Source: Zoogloea sp.
GTDB lineage: Bacteria > Pseudomonadota > Gammaproteobacteria > Burkholderiales > Rhodocyclaceae
Direction of reading: 5' to 3'
Assembly (NCBI GenBank): GCA_023150125.1
Contig: JAKLLM010000002.1
Location: 1 to 40,023 of the forward strand
DNA length: 40,023 bases
Shown here: positions 9,156 through 20,870 of the stretch, in pieces
Layout of the letters: each line of letters begins with the position of its first letter
How positions within the stretch are numbered: position 1 is the first letter of the stretch
Notes under the pieces: model-generated
Seen by the model: only the letters and a program-made list of their open reading frames with translations
The model's database searches: none
Told to the model about the DNA's origin: nothing
Translations under genes and position numbers: made by a program

Positions 9156-10073
9156 TTACGTGACTTCCAGGAAACCTTCGCTGCGCCGGGCCCGGCCGGC
9201 GCGCAGCAGCTCATCCACCAGCCAGCCGGCCAGGGCCTCCGGCGTGAGGCCGAGGAAGCGCCGGTTGGCCTCCCGGTAGAGCGGCACGCTCGCCAGGTGG
9301 GCCGGCAGGTCGTCGAGGGCCACGCGCCGGCGCTCGAGCAGCCAGAAGGTGACGCAGGCACGGATCGCGTTGCGGGCGATGCGGGCGCCGTCCTCCTCGA
9401 AGTAGCGCAGGCGTGCGAAGGCCGCCTCGAGGGCCTCATCGACCTCGACGAAGGGCGCCCCGTGGCCGGGGATGACCCAGTCCACGGACAGGCGCGCGAG
9501 GGCTTCGAGGGTGGCGCGGGCCGCTTCCAGGCCGCCACCGTCGCCGATCACCTCGGCAAACAGGATGCCGAAGCCGTTGCGCCACAGGGCATCCCCCGAG
9601 ATCAGCCCGCGGGCGTCCGGCGAGTGGAAGACCAGGGCGTCCATGTCGTGGCCGGGCGCCGCCAGCGCCTGCCACTCGAAGCCGCCCATCGCGAGGCGCT
9701 CGCCGGCCGCCACGTGGTGGTCGGCCTTGAAGGGCTCGCCGCGCTGGTCCGCTACGCTGAGCAGCAGCGCCGCCTCGTCCCAGGCGGCGACGGCCGGCGC
9801 GATGCCGGCCGGCACGCCGATGGTGCAGCCAAAGGCCCGCTGGACCGCCGCGTTGCCGCCGATGTGGTCGGAGTGCGAATGGGTGTTGAGGAGGCCGGCC
9901 AGCCGCCGCCCGCCGAGGGCTTCCCGCAGCAGCGCCACGGTCTGCCCGGCATGGCTGACGTAGCCGCTGTCGATGAGCGTCGCCACGCCGCCGTCGAACA
10001 GCAGCACGTTGTTGGCCGACAGCCAGCCCCGCTCCAGCACCTCGATGGAGGGCGGAAGATGTACGCGCGCCAC
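9156..10073 (-). CDS. Metallo-beta-lactamase fold hydrolase
   Basis: ERGWLSANN, THSHSDHIGG, PGH, SGDALW and IPGHG; GTG start at 10073 is inferred. Confidence 0.85.
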   Translation of the reverse strand: MARVHLPPSIEVLERGWLSANNVLLFDGGVATLIDSGYVSHAGQTVALLREALGGRRLAGLLNTHSHSDHIGGNAAVQRAFGCTIGVPAGIAPAVAAWDEAALLLSVADQRGEPFKADHHVAAGERLAMGGFEWQALAAPGHDMDALVFHSPDARGLISGDALWRNGFGILFAEVIGDGGGLEAARATLEALARLSVDWVIPGHGAPFVEVDEALEAAFARLRYFEEDGARIARNAIRACVTFWLLERRRVALDDLPAHLASVPLYREANRRFLGLTPEALAGWLVDELLRAGRARRSEGFLEVT

Positions 10074-10083
10074 GCCGGGCCGC

Positions 10084-10263
10084 TCAGCCGGAGGCGTCGC
10101 CGGGGCTGCCGGCGACGGGCGTGAGGACCTCGGTGGCGACCTCCTGGTCGGCCGCGGGGGAGTCGGTCTCGCCGAAGATCTCATCGGCGCTGCGGCCGCA
10201 GCCGATGCAGTAGCCCGATTCGTCGATCTCGCAGATGCCGATGCAGGGGCTGTCCTGGCTCAT
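10084..10263 (-). CDS. DUF1289-like small Cys-rich (putative Fe-S) protein
   Basis: SPCIGIC...GYCIGCGRSADEI; ATG overlaps the stop of the upstream paralog. Confidence 0.75.
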   Translation of the reverse strand: MSQDSPCIGICEIDESGYCIGCGRSADEIFGETDSPAADQEVATEVLTPVAGSPGDASG

Positions 10264-10469
10264 GACGGGCTCCGCAGGCCGGCGCTGGCGGCACCGGCTG
10301 CCTCGATGGCCGCCTTGCGACGGGCGACCTCTTGCAGGATCGCGCGCTTGCGGCCGTCGTCGGCGCGGCCCCATTCGGTGATCTCGGCGATGCTGCGCAG
10401 GCAGCCCTCGCAATAACCGCTGGTCGGGCTCATGCGGCACAGGTTGATGCAGGGGGAAGGGACACTCAT
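10260..10469 (-). CDS. DUF1289 small Cys-rich (putative Fe-S) protein
   Basis: SPCINLC...GYCEGCLRSIAEITEW. Confidence 0.85.
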   Translation of the reverse strand: MSVPSPCINLCRMSPTSGYCEGCLRSIAEITEWGRADDGRKRAILQEVARRKAAIEAAGAASAGLRSPS

Positions 10470-10547
10470 GAAACGCTCTGGGGGTGGATGCCCGCCGCTC
10501 ATGGGCGGCGGGTCGTCGTAGGTTCAGTGGCAGGTTCAGTTACAAAC

Positions 10548-11465
10548 TCAGTGACAGGCCTTGGCGCGCTTGGCGAGCACGGCCCGGGCCACCTTGGAGG
10601 CAGGCGGGCGGCCGAGCCGCTCGCTGATCCAGCCGGCGGTCTCGACCAGCGCGTCCAGCGAGATGCCGGTTTCGATGCCGAGGCCGTCGAGCATGTATAC
10701 CACGTCCTCGGTGGCGACGTTGCCGGACGCGCCCGGCGCATAGGGGCAGCCGCCGAGCCCGGCCACGGCGCTGTCGAAGCAGGCCACGCCGGCCTCCAGC
10801 GAGGCGTACACGTTGGCCACCGCCTGCCCGTAGGTGTCGTGGTAGTGGCCGGCGAGCTTGCCCACCGGCACCCGGCGTGCCACCGCGTCGAGCATGCGGC
10901 GCGTCTTGCCCGGCGTGCCGGCGCCGATGGTGTCGCCCAGGCTCACCTCGTAGCAGCCCATCTCGAAGAGCGTGGCGGCCACGCCGGCCACTGCCTCGGG
11001 GCTGATCTCGCCCTCGTAGGGACAGCCCAGCACGCAGGAGACGTAGCCGCGCACCCGCACGCCGGCAGCCTGGGCGGCTGCCATCACCGGCTCGAAGCGG
11101 ACCAGGGATTCGGCGATGGAGCAGTTGATGTTCTTGCGGCTGAAGGATTCGGAGGCCGCACCGAACACCGCCACCTCGGTGGCGCCGGCGGCCAGGGCGG
11201 CCTCGAAGCCCTGCAGGTTGGGGGTGAGCACCGGGTAGCTGACGCCCGGCAGGCGCTCGATGCGCGCCATCACCTCGGCGGCGTCGCCCATCTGGGGCAC
11301 CCAGCGGGGCGACACGAAGGAGGCCGCCTCGATGGCCTGGAGGCCGGCCGCGCCGAGGCGGGCCACCAGCTCGACCTTGGTGTCGGTGCTGACGATCTGC
11401 TTTTCGTTCTGCAGCCCGTCGCGGGGGCCCATCTCGACGATGCGGACGTGGGTAGGCAGGTTCAT
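10548..11465 (-). CDS. liuE: Hydroxymethylglutaryl-CoA lyase
   Basis: [23 protein letters not shown] and [14 protein letters not shown]. Confidence 0.95.
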   Translation of the reverse strand: MNLPTHVRIVEMGPRDGLQNEKQIVSTDTKVELVARLGAAGLQAIEAASFVSPRWVPQMGDAAEVMARIERLPGVSYPVLTPNLQGFEAALAAGATEVAVFGAASESFSRKNINCSIAESLVRFEPVMAAAQAAGVRVRGYVSCVLGCPYEGEISPEAVAGVAATLFEMGCYEVSLGDTIGAGTPGKTRRMLDAVARRVPVGKLAGHYHDTYGQAVANVYASLEAGVACFDSAVAGLGGCPYAPGASGNVATEDVVYMLDGLGIETGISLDALVETAGWISERLGRPPASKVARAVLAKRAKACH

Positions 11466-11475
11466 GTGCGCTCCT

Positions 11476-13167
11476 TCAGGCCGTGGCCGTGTCCAGCAGA
11501 CCGAGGGTCTGCTTCATTTTTTCGCGGATCTGGAATTTCTGGATCTTGCCGGTGACGGTCATCGGGAAGCTCTCCACGAAGCTGATGTAGCGAGGGATCT
11601 TGTAGTGGGCGATCTGGCCCTGGCAGAAGGCGCGCACCTCGTCCTCGGTGAGGCGCTGCCCTTCACGGACGATGATCCAGGCGCAGAGTTCCTCGCCGTA
11701 TTTCGGATCGGGCACGCCCACGACCTGCACGTCGAGCACCTTGGGGTGGCGGTAGAGGAACTCCTCGATCTCGCGCGGGTAGATGTTCTCGCCGCCGCGG
11801 ATCACCATGTCCTTGATGCGCCCGACGATGTTGCAGAAGCCCTCGTCATCGATCACCGCGAGGTCGCCGGTGTGCATCCAGCCGGCGCGGTCGATGGCTT
11901 CCGCGGTCTTCGCCTCGTCGCCCCAGTAGCCGAGCATCACCGAGTAGCCGCGGGTGCACAGCTCACCCGGGGTGCCGCGGGGCACGATGCGGCCCTCGTT
12001 GTCGACGATCTTGACCTCGCAGTGGGGCTGGACGCGGCCCACCGTGGACACCCGGCGCTCGATGGAATCGTCGGCGCTGCTCTGGAAGCTCACCGGCGAG
12101 GTCTCGGTCATGCCGTAGGCGATGGTCACCTCGCCCATGTTCATCTTGTCGATGACGCGCTTCATCACCTCGATCGGGCACGGGCTGCCGGCCATGATGC
12201 CGGTGCGCAGGCTGGAGAGGTCGAAGCGGGCGAACTCCGGGTGGTCGAGCTGGGCGATGAACATCGTCGGCACGCCGTAGCTGGCGGTGCAGCGCTCCTC
12301 GGCCACCGCCTGCAGCACGGCCAGCGGCTCGAAGGCTTCGGCCGGGTAGACCATGGTGGCGCCGTGGGTGAGGCAGCCCAGGTTGCCCATCACCATGCCG
12401 AAGCAGTGGTAGAGCGGCACCGGAATGCACACCCGGTCGCCTTCGCGCAGGCGGATCGCCTCGCCGACGAAGAAGCCGTTGTTGAGGATGTTGTGGTGCG
12501 ACAGCGTCGCGCCCTTGGGGTTGCCGGTGGTGCCCGAGGTGAACTGGATGTTGATCGGGTCGTCGAACTGCAGGCGCTCGCCCAGCTCGGCAAGCTCGGC
12601 GAGTTCGTCGCGCCCGGGCGGGGCGAGCAGGTCGCCGAAGTTGAGCATGCCGGGGCTGCGCTCGGTGCCGAGGCGGATCACGATCTCCAGGCTCGGCAGG
12701 CGGTGGGCGCGCAGCAGGCCGGGTTCGCAGTGGGCCAGTTCGGGCGCCAGGTCGGCGAGCATCGCCAGGTAGTCGCTGCTCTTGAAGGCCGGCGAGAGGA
12801 TCAGCGCCCGGCAGCCGACCTTGTTGAGGGCGTATTCGAGTTCGCTGCGGCGGTAGGCCGGGTTGATGTTGACCAGCACCAGCCCGGCCTTGGCGGTGGC
12901 GAACTGGGCCAGCGCCCATTCGTGGTTGTTCTGCGACCACAGCCCCACCCGCTCGCCGGGCGCGAGGCCCAGGCGGCGCAGGCCGCAGGCCAGGGCATCC
13001 ACCTTGCTGCGCAGTTCGGCGTAGGTCAGGCGGACGTTCTGGTGGCGCACCACCAGCGCCTCCTGCGCGGCGTGGCGGGCGCAGGCTTCATCGAAATACT
13101 GGCCGATGGTCTGGCCGATCAGGGCCTGTCCCGAGGCCCCGTGGACGTAACTCAGGGTGTTGCTCAT
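11476..13167 (-). CDS. AMP-binding acyl-CoA synthetase (probable branched or short-chain acid-CoA ligase)
   Basis: [38 protein letters not shown] and TGKIQK. Confidence 0.9.
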   Translation of the reverse strand: MSNTLSYVHGASGQALIGQTIGQYFDEACARHAAQEALVVRHQNVRLTYAELRSKVDALACGLRRLGLAPGERVGLWSQNNHEWALAQFATAKAGLVLVNINPAYRRSELEYALNKVGCRALILSPAFKSSDYLAMLADLAPELAHCEPGLLRAHRLPSLEIVIRLGTERSPGMLNFGDLLAPPGRDELAELAELGERLQFDDPINIQFTSGTTGNPKGATLSHHNILNNGFFVGEAIRLREGDRVCIPVPLYHCFGMVMGNLGCLTHGATMVYPAEAFEPLAVLQAVAEERCTASYGVPTMFIAQLDHPEFARFDLSSLRTGIMAGSPCPIEVMKRVIDKMNMGEVTIAYGMTETSPVSFQSSADDSIERRVSTVGRVQPHCEVKIVDNEGRIVPRGTPGELCTRGYSVMLGYWGDEAKTAEAIDRAGWMHTGDLAVIDDEGFCNIVGRIKDMVIRGGENIYPREIEEFLYRHPKVLDVQVVGVPDPKYGEELCAWIIVREGQRLTEDEVRAFCQGQIAHYKIPRYISFVESFPMTVTGKIQKFQIREKMKQTLGLLDTATA

Positions 13168-13251
13168 CTACCGTGTCTCCTCCGGCAGTGTTGTGAATGG
13201 GGCTCCCGCCCGTCTGTGCGGGTTGCGGGAGCCGGGGTAAGCCGCCGGCGC

Positions 13252-15255
13252 TCAGGCCGGCGTGGGCTCGAAATCGACCAGCTCGGCACCGTCGCCCACC
13301 TGGTCACCCACCGCGAAGTGGAAGCCCTTGACGGTGCCGGCGGCCGGCGCGGTGATGGTGTGCTCCATCTTCATCGCCTCGAGGATCAGCAGCGGCGCGC
13401 CCTTGTCCACCGTGGCGCCAGCTGCGGCGATCAGCGCGATCACCTTGCCGGGCATCGGCGCGAGCAGGCCGCCCTCGGCGCCGCCGCCCTCGCCCGCGTG
13501 GTGCAGCGGGTCGACCGCCGCAAACTGCCAGGCCCGGCCGTGGCCGAAAACGTGCCGGCGCTCGCCGGCGACCACCACCGTGGCGGTGGTGCGCAGGCCG
13601 TCGAACTCGGCGCGCAGCAGGCCGCGCGGGTTGAGGCTGCCGCTGACGAGGCTGGTCACGCCGTCCAGGCCGATCGCGAAGGCGTTGCCGCGGCTCTCGA
13701 CCGAGAGCAGCTTCTGCTCGTCGCCGAGGCGGAAGATCAGGCTGCGGCGGGCGTCGGTGTTGAGCCGCCAGCCGTCGCGCTGGTGCCACGGCGAGGCCGG
13801 CTCAGGGTGGCGGGCGGCCTGCTGGGCGGCGCGCTCACGCTCGCGCAGCAGCTCGGCCAGGGCCACCGCCAGCCAGGCCTCGCGGCTGGCGCCGGCCTGC
13901 TCGGGGAAGAGGTAGTCCTTTTCGCGCTCGATGAGGCCGGTGTCGAGGTCGGCATTGGCGAAGGCCGGGCAGGCGGTGAGCCGCGACAGGAACTCGACGT
14001 TGTTGGCCACGCCGACCACCCGGTAGTGGGCCAGCGCCTGCAGCATGCGCGCCAGGGCGCGGTCGCGGTTGACGTCCCACACGATGAGCTTGGCGATCAT
14101 CGGGTCGTAGAAGGGGCTGATCTCGTCGCCCTCCTCGACGCCGGTGTCGACCCGCACGTGCATGTTCTCGTCGGGCGGCGCCAGGTGCACCAGGCGGCCG
14201 GTGGAGGGCAGGAAGCCCTTGGCCGGGTCTTCGGCGTAGATCCGCGCCTCGAGGGCGTGGCCGTTGATGGCGAGCTGCTCCTGGGCCATCGGGAGCGGCT
14301 CGCCGGAGGCCACGCGGAGCTGCCACTCGACCAGGTCGAGCCCGGTGATCATCTCGGTGACCGGGTGCTCCACCTGCAGGCGGGTGTTCATCTCCATGAA
14401 GTAGAAGCTGCCGTCCTGGTTGGCGATGAACTCGACGGTGCCGGCACCCACGTAGCCCACCGCGCGGGCCGCGTCGACGGCGGCCTGGCCCATCGCGGCG
14501 CGGCGCTCGGGGGTCATGCCGGGGGCCGGCGCCTCCTCAAGCACCTTCTGGTGGCGGCGCTGCACCGAGCAGTCGCGCTCAAACAGGTACACGTAGTTGC
14601 CCAGGGTATCGCCGAACACCTGGATCTCGATGTGGCGCGGGCGGGTGAGGTATTTCTCGACCAGCACGTGGTCGGAGCCGAAGCTGGCCGCCGCCTCGCG
14701 CTTGCACGAGGCCAGCGCGTCGAGGAAGTCGGCGCTTTTTTCAACCAGCCGCATGCCCTTGCCACCGCCGCCCGCCGCCGCCTTGATGAGCACCGGGTAG
14801 CCAATGGCGTCGGCCTGCACGTTGAGGAAGCCGGGCTCCTGGTGGTCACCGTGGTAGCCGGGGGTGAGCGGCACCCGGGCCTTCTCCATCAGCTTCTTGG
14901 CCTCCGACTTGGAGCCCATCGCGCGGATCGCCGACACCGGCGGGCCGATGAAGACGATGCCCGCCGCGTCGCAGGCCTCGCAGAAGTCTTCGTTTTCGGA
15001 CAGGAAGCCGTAGCCCGGGTGGATCGCCTGGGCGCCGGTCTGCCTGGCCGCGGCGATGATGCGCTCGATGACGAGGTAGCTCTCGCGGGCCGCCGCCGGG
15101 CCGATATGCACCGCCTCGTCGGCGAGGCGCACGTGGCGCGCGCCGGCGTCGGCGTCGGAATACACCGCCACCGTCTTGATGCCGAGCCGCCGCGCGGTCT
15201 TGATGACGCGACACGCGATCTCTCCGCGATTGGCAATCAGGATCTTGTTGAACAT
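13252..15255 (-). CDS. liuD: 3-methylcrotonyl-CoA carboxylase alpha subunit (biotin carboxylase plus carrier)
   Basis: ILIANRGEIA, GGGGKGMR, EMNTRLQVEHPV and biotin site EAMKME; inside the liu cluster. Confidence 0.93.
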   Translation of the reverse strand: MFNKILIANRGEIACRVIKTARRLGIKTVAVYSDADAGARHVRLADEAVHIGPAAARESYLVIERIIAAARQTGAQAIHPGYGFLSENEDFCEACDAAGIVFIGPPVSAIRAMGSKSEAKKLMEKARVPLTPGYHGDHQEPGFLNVQADAIGYPVLIKAAAGGGGKGMRLVEKSADFLDALASCKREAAASFGSDHVLVEKYLTRPRHIEIQVFGDTLGNYVYLFERDCSVQRRHQKVLEEAPAPGMTPERRAAMGQAAVDAARAVGYVGAGTVEFIANQDGSFYFMEMNTRLQVEHPVTEMITGLDLVEWQLRVASGEPLPMAQEQLAINGHALEARIYAEDPAKGFLPSTGRLVHLAPPDENMHVRVDTGVEEGDEISPFYDPMIAKLIVWDVNRDRALARMLQALAHYRVVGVANNVEFLSRLTACPAFANADLDTGLIEREKDYLFPEQAGASREAWLAVALAELLRERERAAQQAARHPEPASPWHQRDGWRLNTDARRSLIFRLGDEQKLLSVESRGNAFAIGLDGVTSLVSGSLNPRGLLRAEFDGLRTTATVVVAGERRHVFGHGRAWQFAAVDPLHHAGEGGGAEGGLLAPMPGKVIALIAAAGATVDKGAPLLILEAMKMEHTITAPAAGTVKGFHFAVGDQVGDGAELVDFEPTPA

Positions 15256-15285
15256 CGGATCTCCTCCGTTTGCATTGTTATTTTG

Positions 15286-15957
15286 TCAGGCCCCCGCCAG
15301 CGGCCGTGGCGGCCGGCGGAACACCCGTTTGATGAATTTCCACAGCGCCCAGATCAGGAGCAGCGCCACAATGAAGAACACCGCCAGCCCGGCCAGGAAC
15401 AGCAGCGGCTGGTGCACCAGCGCCCACATGCCGCCGGCGAAGAGCACGTCCTCGCCCAGCGAGGTGGTGACATTGCTGACCGGCTCGGGCGAGGTGTTGA
15501 TCGCTGCCCGGGCGCCGGCCTTGGCCAGATGCGTGCCGGCCGCCAGCGTGCCGCCGACGAGGCCCATCGCCACCTGCAGCGCCCCGCCCTGGTCGCCCAT
15601 CACGGCGGCGGCCAGCGCGGCGCCGGCCGGGATGCGGATGAAGGTGTGCACCGCGTCCCAGGCCGAATCGAGCCAGGGCAGCTTGTCGGCGAAGAACTCG
15701 ACGAGCAGCAGCAGGCCCGAGATGCCGAGCACCAGCGGATGGGCCAGCACGCCGAGGCCACCGGGCAGCTGCACGCCGCCAAAGCGGGCCAGCGCCCCGA
15801 GCACGAAGACCAGCGCATACAGGCGCAGCCCGCTGGCCCAGCCCAGGCCGGCCGCCAGGGCCGCCAGCGAGGCCAGGTCGACCGGCACGCCGCGCCAGTC
15901 GAGGAGCGGCTTGAGGCCCTCGGCGGCGGCAGCGAGATCCGGCAGCGCGATGTCCAC
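15286..15957 (-). CDS. DUF4126-family membrane protein
   Basis: GWASGLRLY, EFFADK.PWLDS.WD..HTFIRIPAGA and NTSPEPVSN; start uncertain. Confidence 0.8.
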   Translation of the reverse strand: MDIALPDLAAAAEGLKPLLDWRGVPVDLASLAALAAGLGWASGLRLYALVFVLGALARFGGVQLPGGLGVLAHPLVLGISGLLLLVEFFADKLPWLDSAWDAVHTFIRIPAGAALAAAVMGDQGGALQVAMGLVGGTLAAGTHLAKAGARAAINTSPEPVSNVTTSLGEDVLFAGGMWALVHQPLLFLAGLAVFFIVALLLIWALWKFIKRVFRRPPRPLAGA

Positions 15958-15968
15958 GGCGCCTGCCC

Positions 15969-16757
15969 TCAGCCCCCGGCCACCCAGCTCGCCGGGCGCT
16001 TGTCGAGGAAGGCGGCGAGGCCTTCCTGCGCCTCCGGCGTGGCGCGCAAGGTGGCGATGCGGCGGGCGGTGTCCTCGACCAGGGCATCGCTCACCGGCTG
16101 GTCGGCCACCGCGCGAATCAGCGCTTTGGCGGCGCCTTGCGAGCGCGGCCCGCCCTGCAGCAGGGCACCGACGATCTCGGCCACCTTGGCGTCGAGCGCA
16201 TCGGCGGCGACCACCTCGTGGGCCAGGCCGAGCTCACGGGCCCGCGCGGCGGAGATCCGCTCGGCGGTCTGGAAGTAGCGGCCGGCCTGGCGGGCGCCGA
16301 TGGCGCGGATGACGTAGGGGCTGATCGCCGACGGGATGATCCCGAAGCGCACCTCGGAGGTGGCGAACACCGCGCCCTCGCCGGCGATGCAGATGTCGCA
16401 GGCAGACGCGAGGCCCATGCCGCCGCCCAGCGCCGCACCATGCACGCGGGCGATGGTGGGCTTGTTCATCTCGGCGAGGGTGCGCAGCATGCCGGCCAGT
16501 TTGCGGGCATCAGCGAGGTTGGCCTCGACCGGGGCCCCGGCAGCGCGGCGCATCCAGTTGAGGTCGGCGCCGGCCGAGAAGCTCTTGCCGCGCCCGGCGA
16601 GCACCACCACGCGCACGGCGTCGTCGGCGTCGAGGGCCTGGCAGGCGGCGGTGAGTTCGGCGATGAGCTGCTCGTTGAAGGCGTTGTGCACGTCCGGGCG
16701 GTTCATCCAGATCGTCGCGACGCCGCCTTCGCGGAGGATTTCGAGTGTCTCGTACAT
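15969..16757 (-). CDS. liuC: Enoyl-CoA hydratase (methylglutaconyl-CoA hydratase)
   Basis: NRPDVHNAF, FSAGADL, GGGMGL and SEVRFGIIP; ATG 16757; lies between liuB and liuD. Confidence 0.9.
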   Translation of the reverse strand: MYETLEILREGGVATIWMNRPDVHNAFNEQLIAELTAACQALDADDAVRVVVLAGRGKSFSAGADLNWMRRAAGAPVEANLADARKLAGMLRTLAEMNKPTIARVHGAALGGGMGLASACDICIAGEGAVFATSEVRFGIIPSAISPYVIRAIGARQAGRYFQTAERISAARARELGLAHEVVAADALDAKVAEIVGALLQGGPRSQGAAKALIRAVADQPVSDALVEDTARRIATLRATPEAQEGLAAFLDKRPASWVAGG

Positions 16758-16766
16758 GTTTTCTCC

Positions 16767-16853
16767 GTGAGGAGTGAGGAGAGCGGGCTGACGGAGAGGT
16801 GCGCTCGCAACCGCCAGCGCGGGAGGCCAATGCAGGGCCTCCTCACTCCTCAC
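16767..16853. repeat. Perfect 15-bp inverted repeat of tandem heptamers (GTGAGGA)2G
   Basis: GTGAGGAGTGAGGAG (16767-16781) and CTCCTCACTCCTCAC (16839-16853), in the liuB-liuC spacer. Confidence 0.8.
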
Positions 16854-16873
16854 CCGTTGCTCCCCACCGCTTC

Positions 16874-18481
<1,608 letters not shown>

Positions 18482-18512
18482 GGGTCTCCTCTCGCTCCGT
18501 CTTTTTTATTGG

Positions 18513-19097
18513 CTACAACTGCTTCTCGTCGCGAATGCGCTTGCCGACGGCCGGCGGGTGGTAGGCCCCCATCGTCCGCAGCAGCGCATTCACGTTGTCC
18601 TCCACCAGCAACAGGCCGCGGTTCTCGGCCTTCATGAAGCCTTCGGCGACGCCCCGCTCCATCATCTGGACCAGCGGCTGGTAATAAGCCTCCACGTTGA
18701 GCAGGCCGACCGGCTTGCTGTGGAAGCCGAGCTGGGCCCAGGTGAGGATCTCGAAGAGCTCCTCGAAGGTGCCCAGCCCGCCCGGCAGGGCGATGAAAGC
18801 GTCGGCCAGCTCGGCCATGCGGGCCTTGCGGGTGTGCATCGAGTCGACCACCTCGAGGCGGGTCAGGCCCTCGTGGCCGACCTCCCATTCGAGCAGCGCC
18901 CGCGGGATCACGCCCACCACCCGGCCGCCGGCGGCCAGGCAGGCGTCGGCGACGATGCCCATCAGGCCGACGTTGCCGCCGCCATACACCAGTTCGATGC
19001 CGCGCTCGGCAAACAACGCGCCGACGGCCTCGGCCGCCGCCCGGTAGGCCGGCCGCACGCCGGAGCGCGAGCCGCAGAACACGCAGATGCGTTTCAT
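18513..19097 (-). CDS. LOG family phosphoribohydrolase (TIGR00730-like)
   Basis: ICVFCGS, VYGGG..GLMG, MHTRK and PGGLGTFEE. Confidence 0.92.
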   Translation of the reverse strand: MKRICVFCGSRSGVRPAYRAAAEAVGALFAERGIELVYGGGNVGLMGIVADACLAAGGRVVGVIPRALLEWEVGHEGLTRLEVVDSMHTRKARMAELADAFIALPGGLGTFEELFEILTWAQLGFHSKPVGLLNVEAYYQPLVQMMERGVAEGFMKAENRGLLLVEDNVNALLRTMGAYHPPAVGKRIRDEKQL

Positions 19098-19110
19098 GGC
19101 TGCCTCCGGA

Positions 19111-19713
19111 TCAGAAGGGGCCGGATTCGAGCCAGCGCTCGAGCTGGGGCAGGCGGTCGGGGCCCCAGAAACCCTCGCCCTCGACGATGAAGAAGGGCGA
19201 GCCGAACACGCCGCGGGCTTCCGCCAGGTCGATCTCGGCCTTCAGGCGGGCCTTGGTGGCCAGGTCGGAGAAGGCGTTCGAGACTTCCTCGCGGTCCAGC
19301 CCCAGGGCGCCGGCGATCTCGAGCAGCACGGCCGGCTCTGCGATGTTGCGGCCGTCGACGAAATAAGCGCGGAACACCCCGTGGGCAAAGGCCCGGGCTT
19401 CGTCCGGGTTGCGGTCGCTGAGCCACTGGAAGGCGCGGGCGGCGTGCTCGGTGTGCACCGGGTAGGGGCTGGGGGTCTGGTAGGGAAGGCCCAGGAAGGC
19501 GGCTGAGCGTTCGCAGTCACGCCGGGCGTATTCAGTGCGCAGCAGCGCCAGCGGAATCTTGACCCCGCCCTGGGGCTGGAACTGGGCGTCGAGCACGATG
19601 GCGTGCCACATCACGGCGCGGCCGTGGCGGGCCGCCAGGGCCTCGATCTGCTCGGAGGCAAGGTAGCCGTAGGGAGAGGAAAAGTCGAAGTAGAAGTCGA
19701 TCGGTGCGGACAT
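19111..19713 (-). CDS. 2-hydroxychromene-2-carboxylate isomerase / kappa-GST (DsbA-fold) family protein
   Basis: IDFYFDFSSPYGY and GVFGSPFFIV..E.FWG.DRL; ATG at 19713. Confidence 0.88.
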   Translation of the reverse strand: MSAPIDFYFDFSSPYGYLASEQIEALAARHGRAVMWHAIVLDAQFQPQGGVKIPLALLRTEYARRDCERSAAFLGLPYQTPSPYPVHTEHAARAFQWLSDRNPDEARAFAHGVFRAYFVDGRNIAEPAVLLEIAGALGLDREEVSNAFSDLATKARLKAEIDLAEARGVFGSPFFIVEGEGFWGPDRLPQLERWLESGPF

Positions 19714-19779
19714 GGTGTCTCCGGGTTGAAGAGGGCTTGCAGACAGCATGGGATTATCCACGCGCGCCCGCAGGCAGGC

Positions 19780-20403
19780 TCAGAATCCGCCCTCGGCCAG
19801 CCAGCGCTCCACCTGGGGCAGCCGGTCGGCGCCCCAGAAGGCTTCGCCGTCGACAATGATGAAGGGCGACCCGAACACCCCGCGGGCCAGCCCGAGGTCG
19901 ACCTCGGCGGCAAGCCGCGCCTTGATCTCGGTGCCGGCGAGCACCGCCGACAGATCGTCCCGGTCGACGCCCACCCCGGCGGCAATGTCGAGCACCGCGC
20001 CGAGATCGGAGATATTCACGTCATCCACGAAATACGCCCGGTAGGCCGCCAGGCCGAACTCCCGCGCCTTCTGCGGGCTGCGGTCGTTGAGCCACAGAAA
20101 GGCCCGCGCGGCGTGCTGGGTGGGGATCGGGAAGGTGCTCGGCTGCCGGTAGGGCAGCCCGAAGAAGCGCGCCGAGCGCTCGATGTCGTGCATCGAATAG
20201 GCCCCCTTCAGCGGAATCGCGGGAAGCGGGCCGAGCCCGGTCACCTTGAAGGTGACGCCGAGCAGGAAGGGGTGCCAATGCACCGTGCGCCCGTGACGGG
20301 CGGCCAGGGCGTCGATCTTTTCGGCGGCGAAATAGCCGTAGGGCGACGAGAAGTCGAAGTAGAAATCGACGGGTGCGGCGGCTTTCTTCGGGGCATCGGT
20401 CAT
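19780..20403 (-). CDS. 2-hydroxychromene-2-carboxylate isomerase / kappa-GST family protein (tandem paralog)
   Basis: VDFYFDFSSPYGY, WHPFLLG and GVFGSPF..DGEAFWGADRL. Confidence 0.9.
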   Translation of the reverse strand: MTDAPKKAAAPVDFYFDFSSPYGYFAAEKIDALAARHGRTVHWHPFLLGVTFKVTGLGPLPAIPLKGAYSMHDIERSARFFGLPYRQPSTFPIPTQHAARAFLWLNDRSPQKAREFGLAAYRAYFVDDVNISDLGAVLDIAAGVGVDRDDLSAVLAGTEIKARLAAEVDLGLARGVFGSPFIIVDGEAFWGADRLPQVERWLAEGGF

Positions 20404-20413
20404 CGGTGTTTCC

Positions 20414-20860
20414 TCAGCTCTGCGGGCCCTTCGGCCACAGGATCATCTGGGTGCAGCGGAACAGGGCGAGGCGGCTGCCGCTGCCCCCGCTGCTCACTTC
20501 GGCGTCCCACACCTGGGTGTGGCGGCCCCCATGCACGGCGGTTGCCTCGCACAGCAGCACGCCCTCGGCCTGGGTGCCGAAGAAGTTGGTCTTGAGTTCG
20601 ATGGTGGTAAAGCTGCTTGCACCGTCGGGCAGGTGGGCCCGGGTGGCGTAACCGGCGGCGGTGTCGGCCAGCGCGATGATCGCCGCGGCGTGCAGGTAGC
20701 CGTTGGGCGCCAGCATCTCCGGGCGGATCAGCATGCGTGCCGACAGCCGCCCGGGGGCCAGGCCCACCGCCTCGAAGCCGAACCAGCCCGGCAGATGGCC
20801 GACGCCCCGGGCGTTGAGGCCTTCCAGCGTGGTGCCGGCGCGGATCTTCAAGGCGGGCAT
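20414..20860 (-). CDS. PaaI-family hotdog-fold thioesterase
   Basis: PNGYLHAA..IALADT, TIELKTNF and GRHTQVW. Confidence 0.88.
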   Translation of the reverse strand: MPALKIRAGTTLEGLNARGVGHLPGWFGFEAVGLAPGRLSARMLIRPEMLAPNGYLHAAAIIALADTAAGYATRAHLPDGASSFTTIELKTNFFGTQAEGVLLCEATAVHGGRHTQVWDAEVSSGGSGSRLALFRCTQMILWPKGPQS

Positions 20861-20870
20861 CGGGGCCTCC

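Noticed and set aside
10520-10560. Three degenerate 12-bp repeats (ggttcagtggca/ggttcagttaca/aactcagtgaca) at the liuE end
   Set aside because: Short and degenerate, most likely local slippage; no supportable function.
11260-16278. Very long ORFs such as 11260..16278 (+, 1672 aa), 44..2230 (-), 32038..34665 (+), 34699..37068 (-) and 36438..39089 (-)
   Set aside because: They are antisense shadows of well-supported genes, expected in high-GC DNA with few stop codons, and carry no recognisable motifs.
19754-19762. DnaA-box-like TTATCCACG
   Set aside because: A single mismatched copy inside an operon spacer; likely chance, or part of a -10-like GATAAT on the minus strand.
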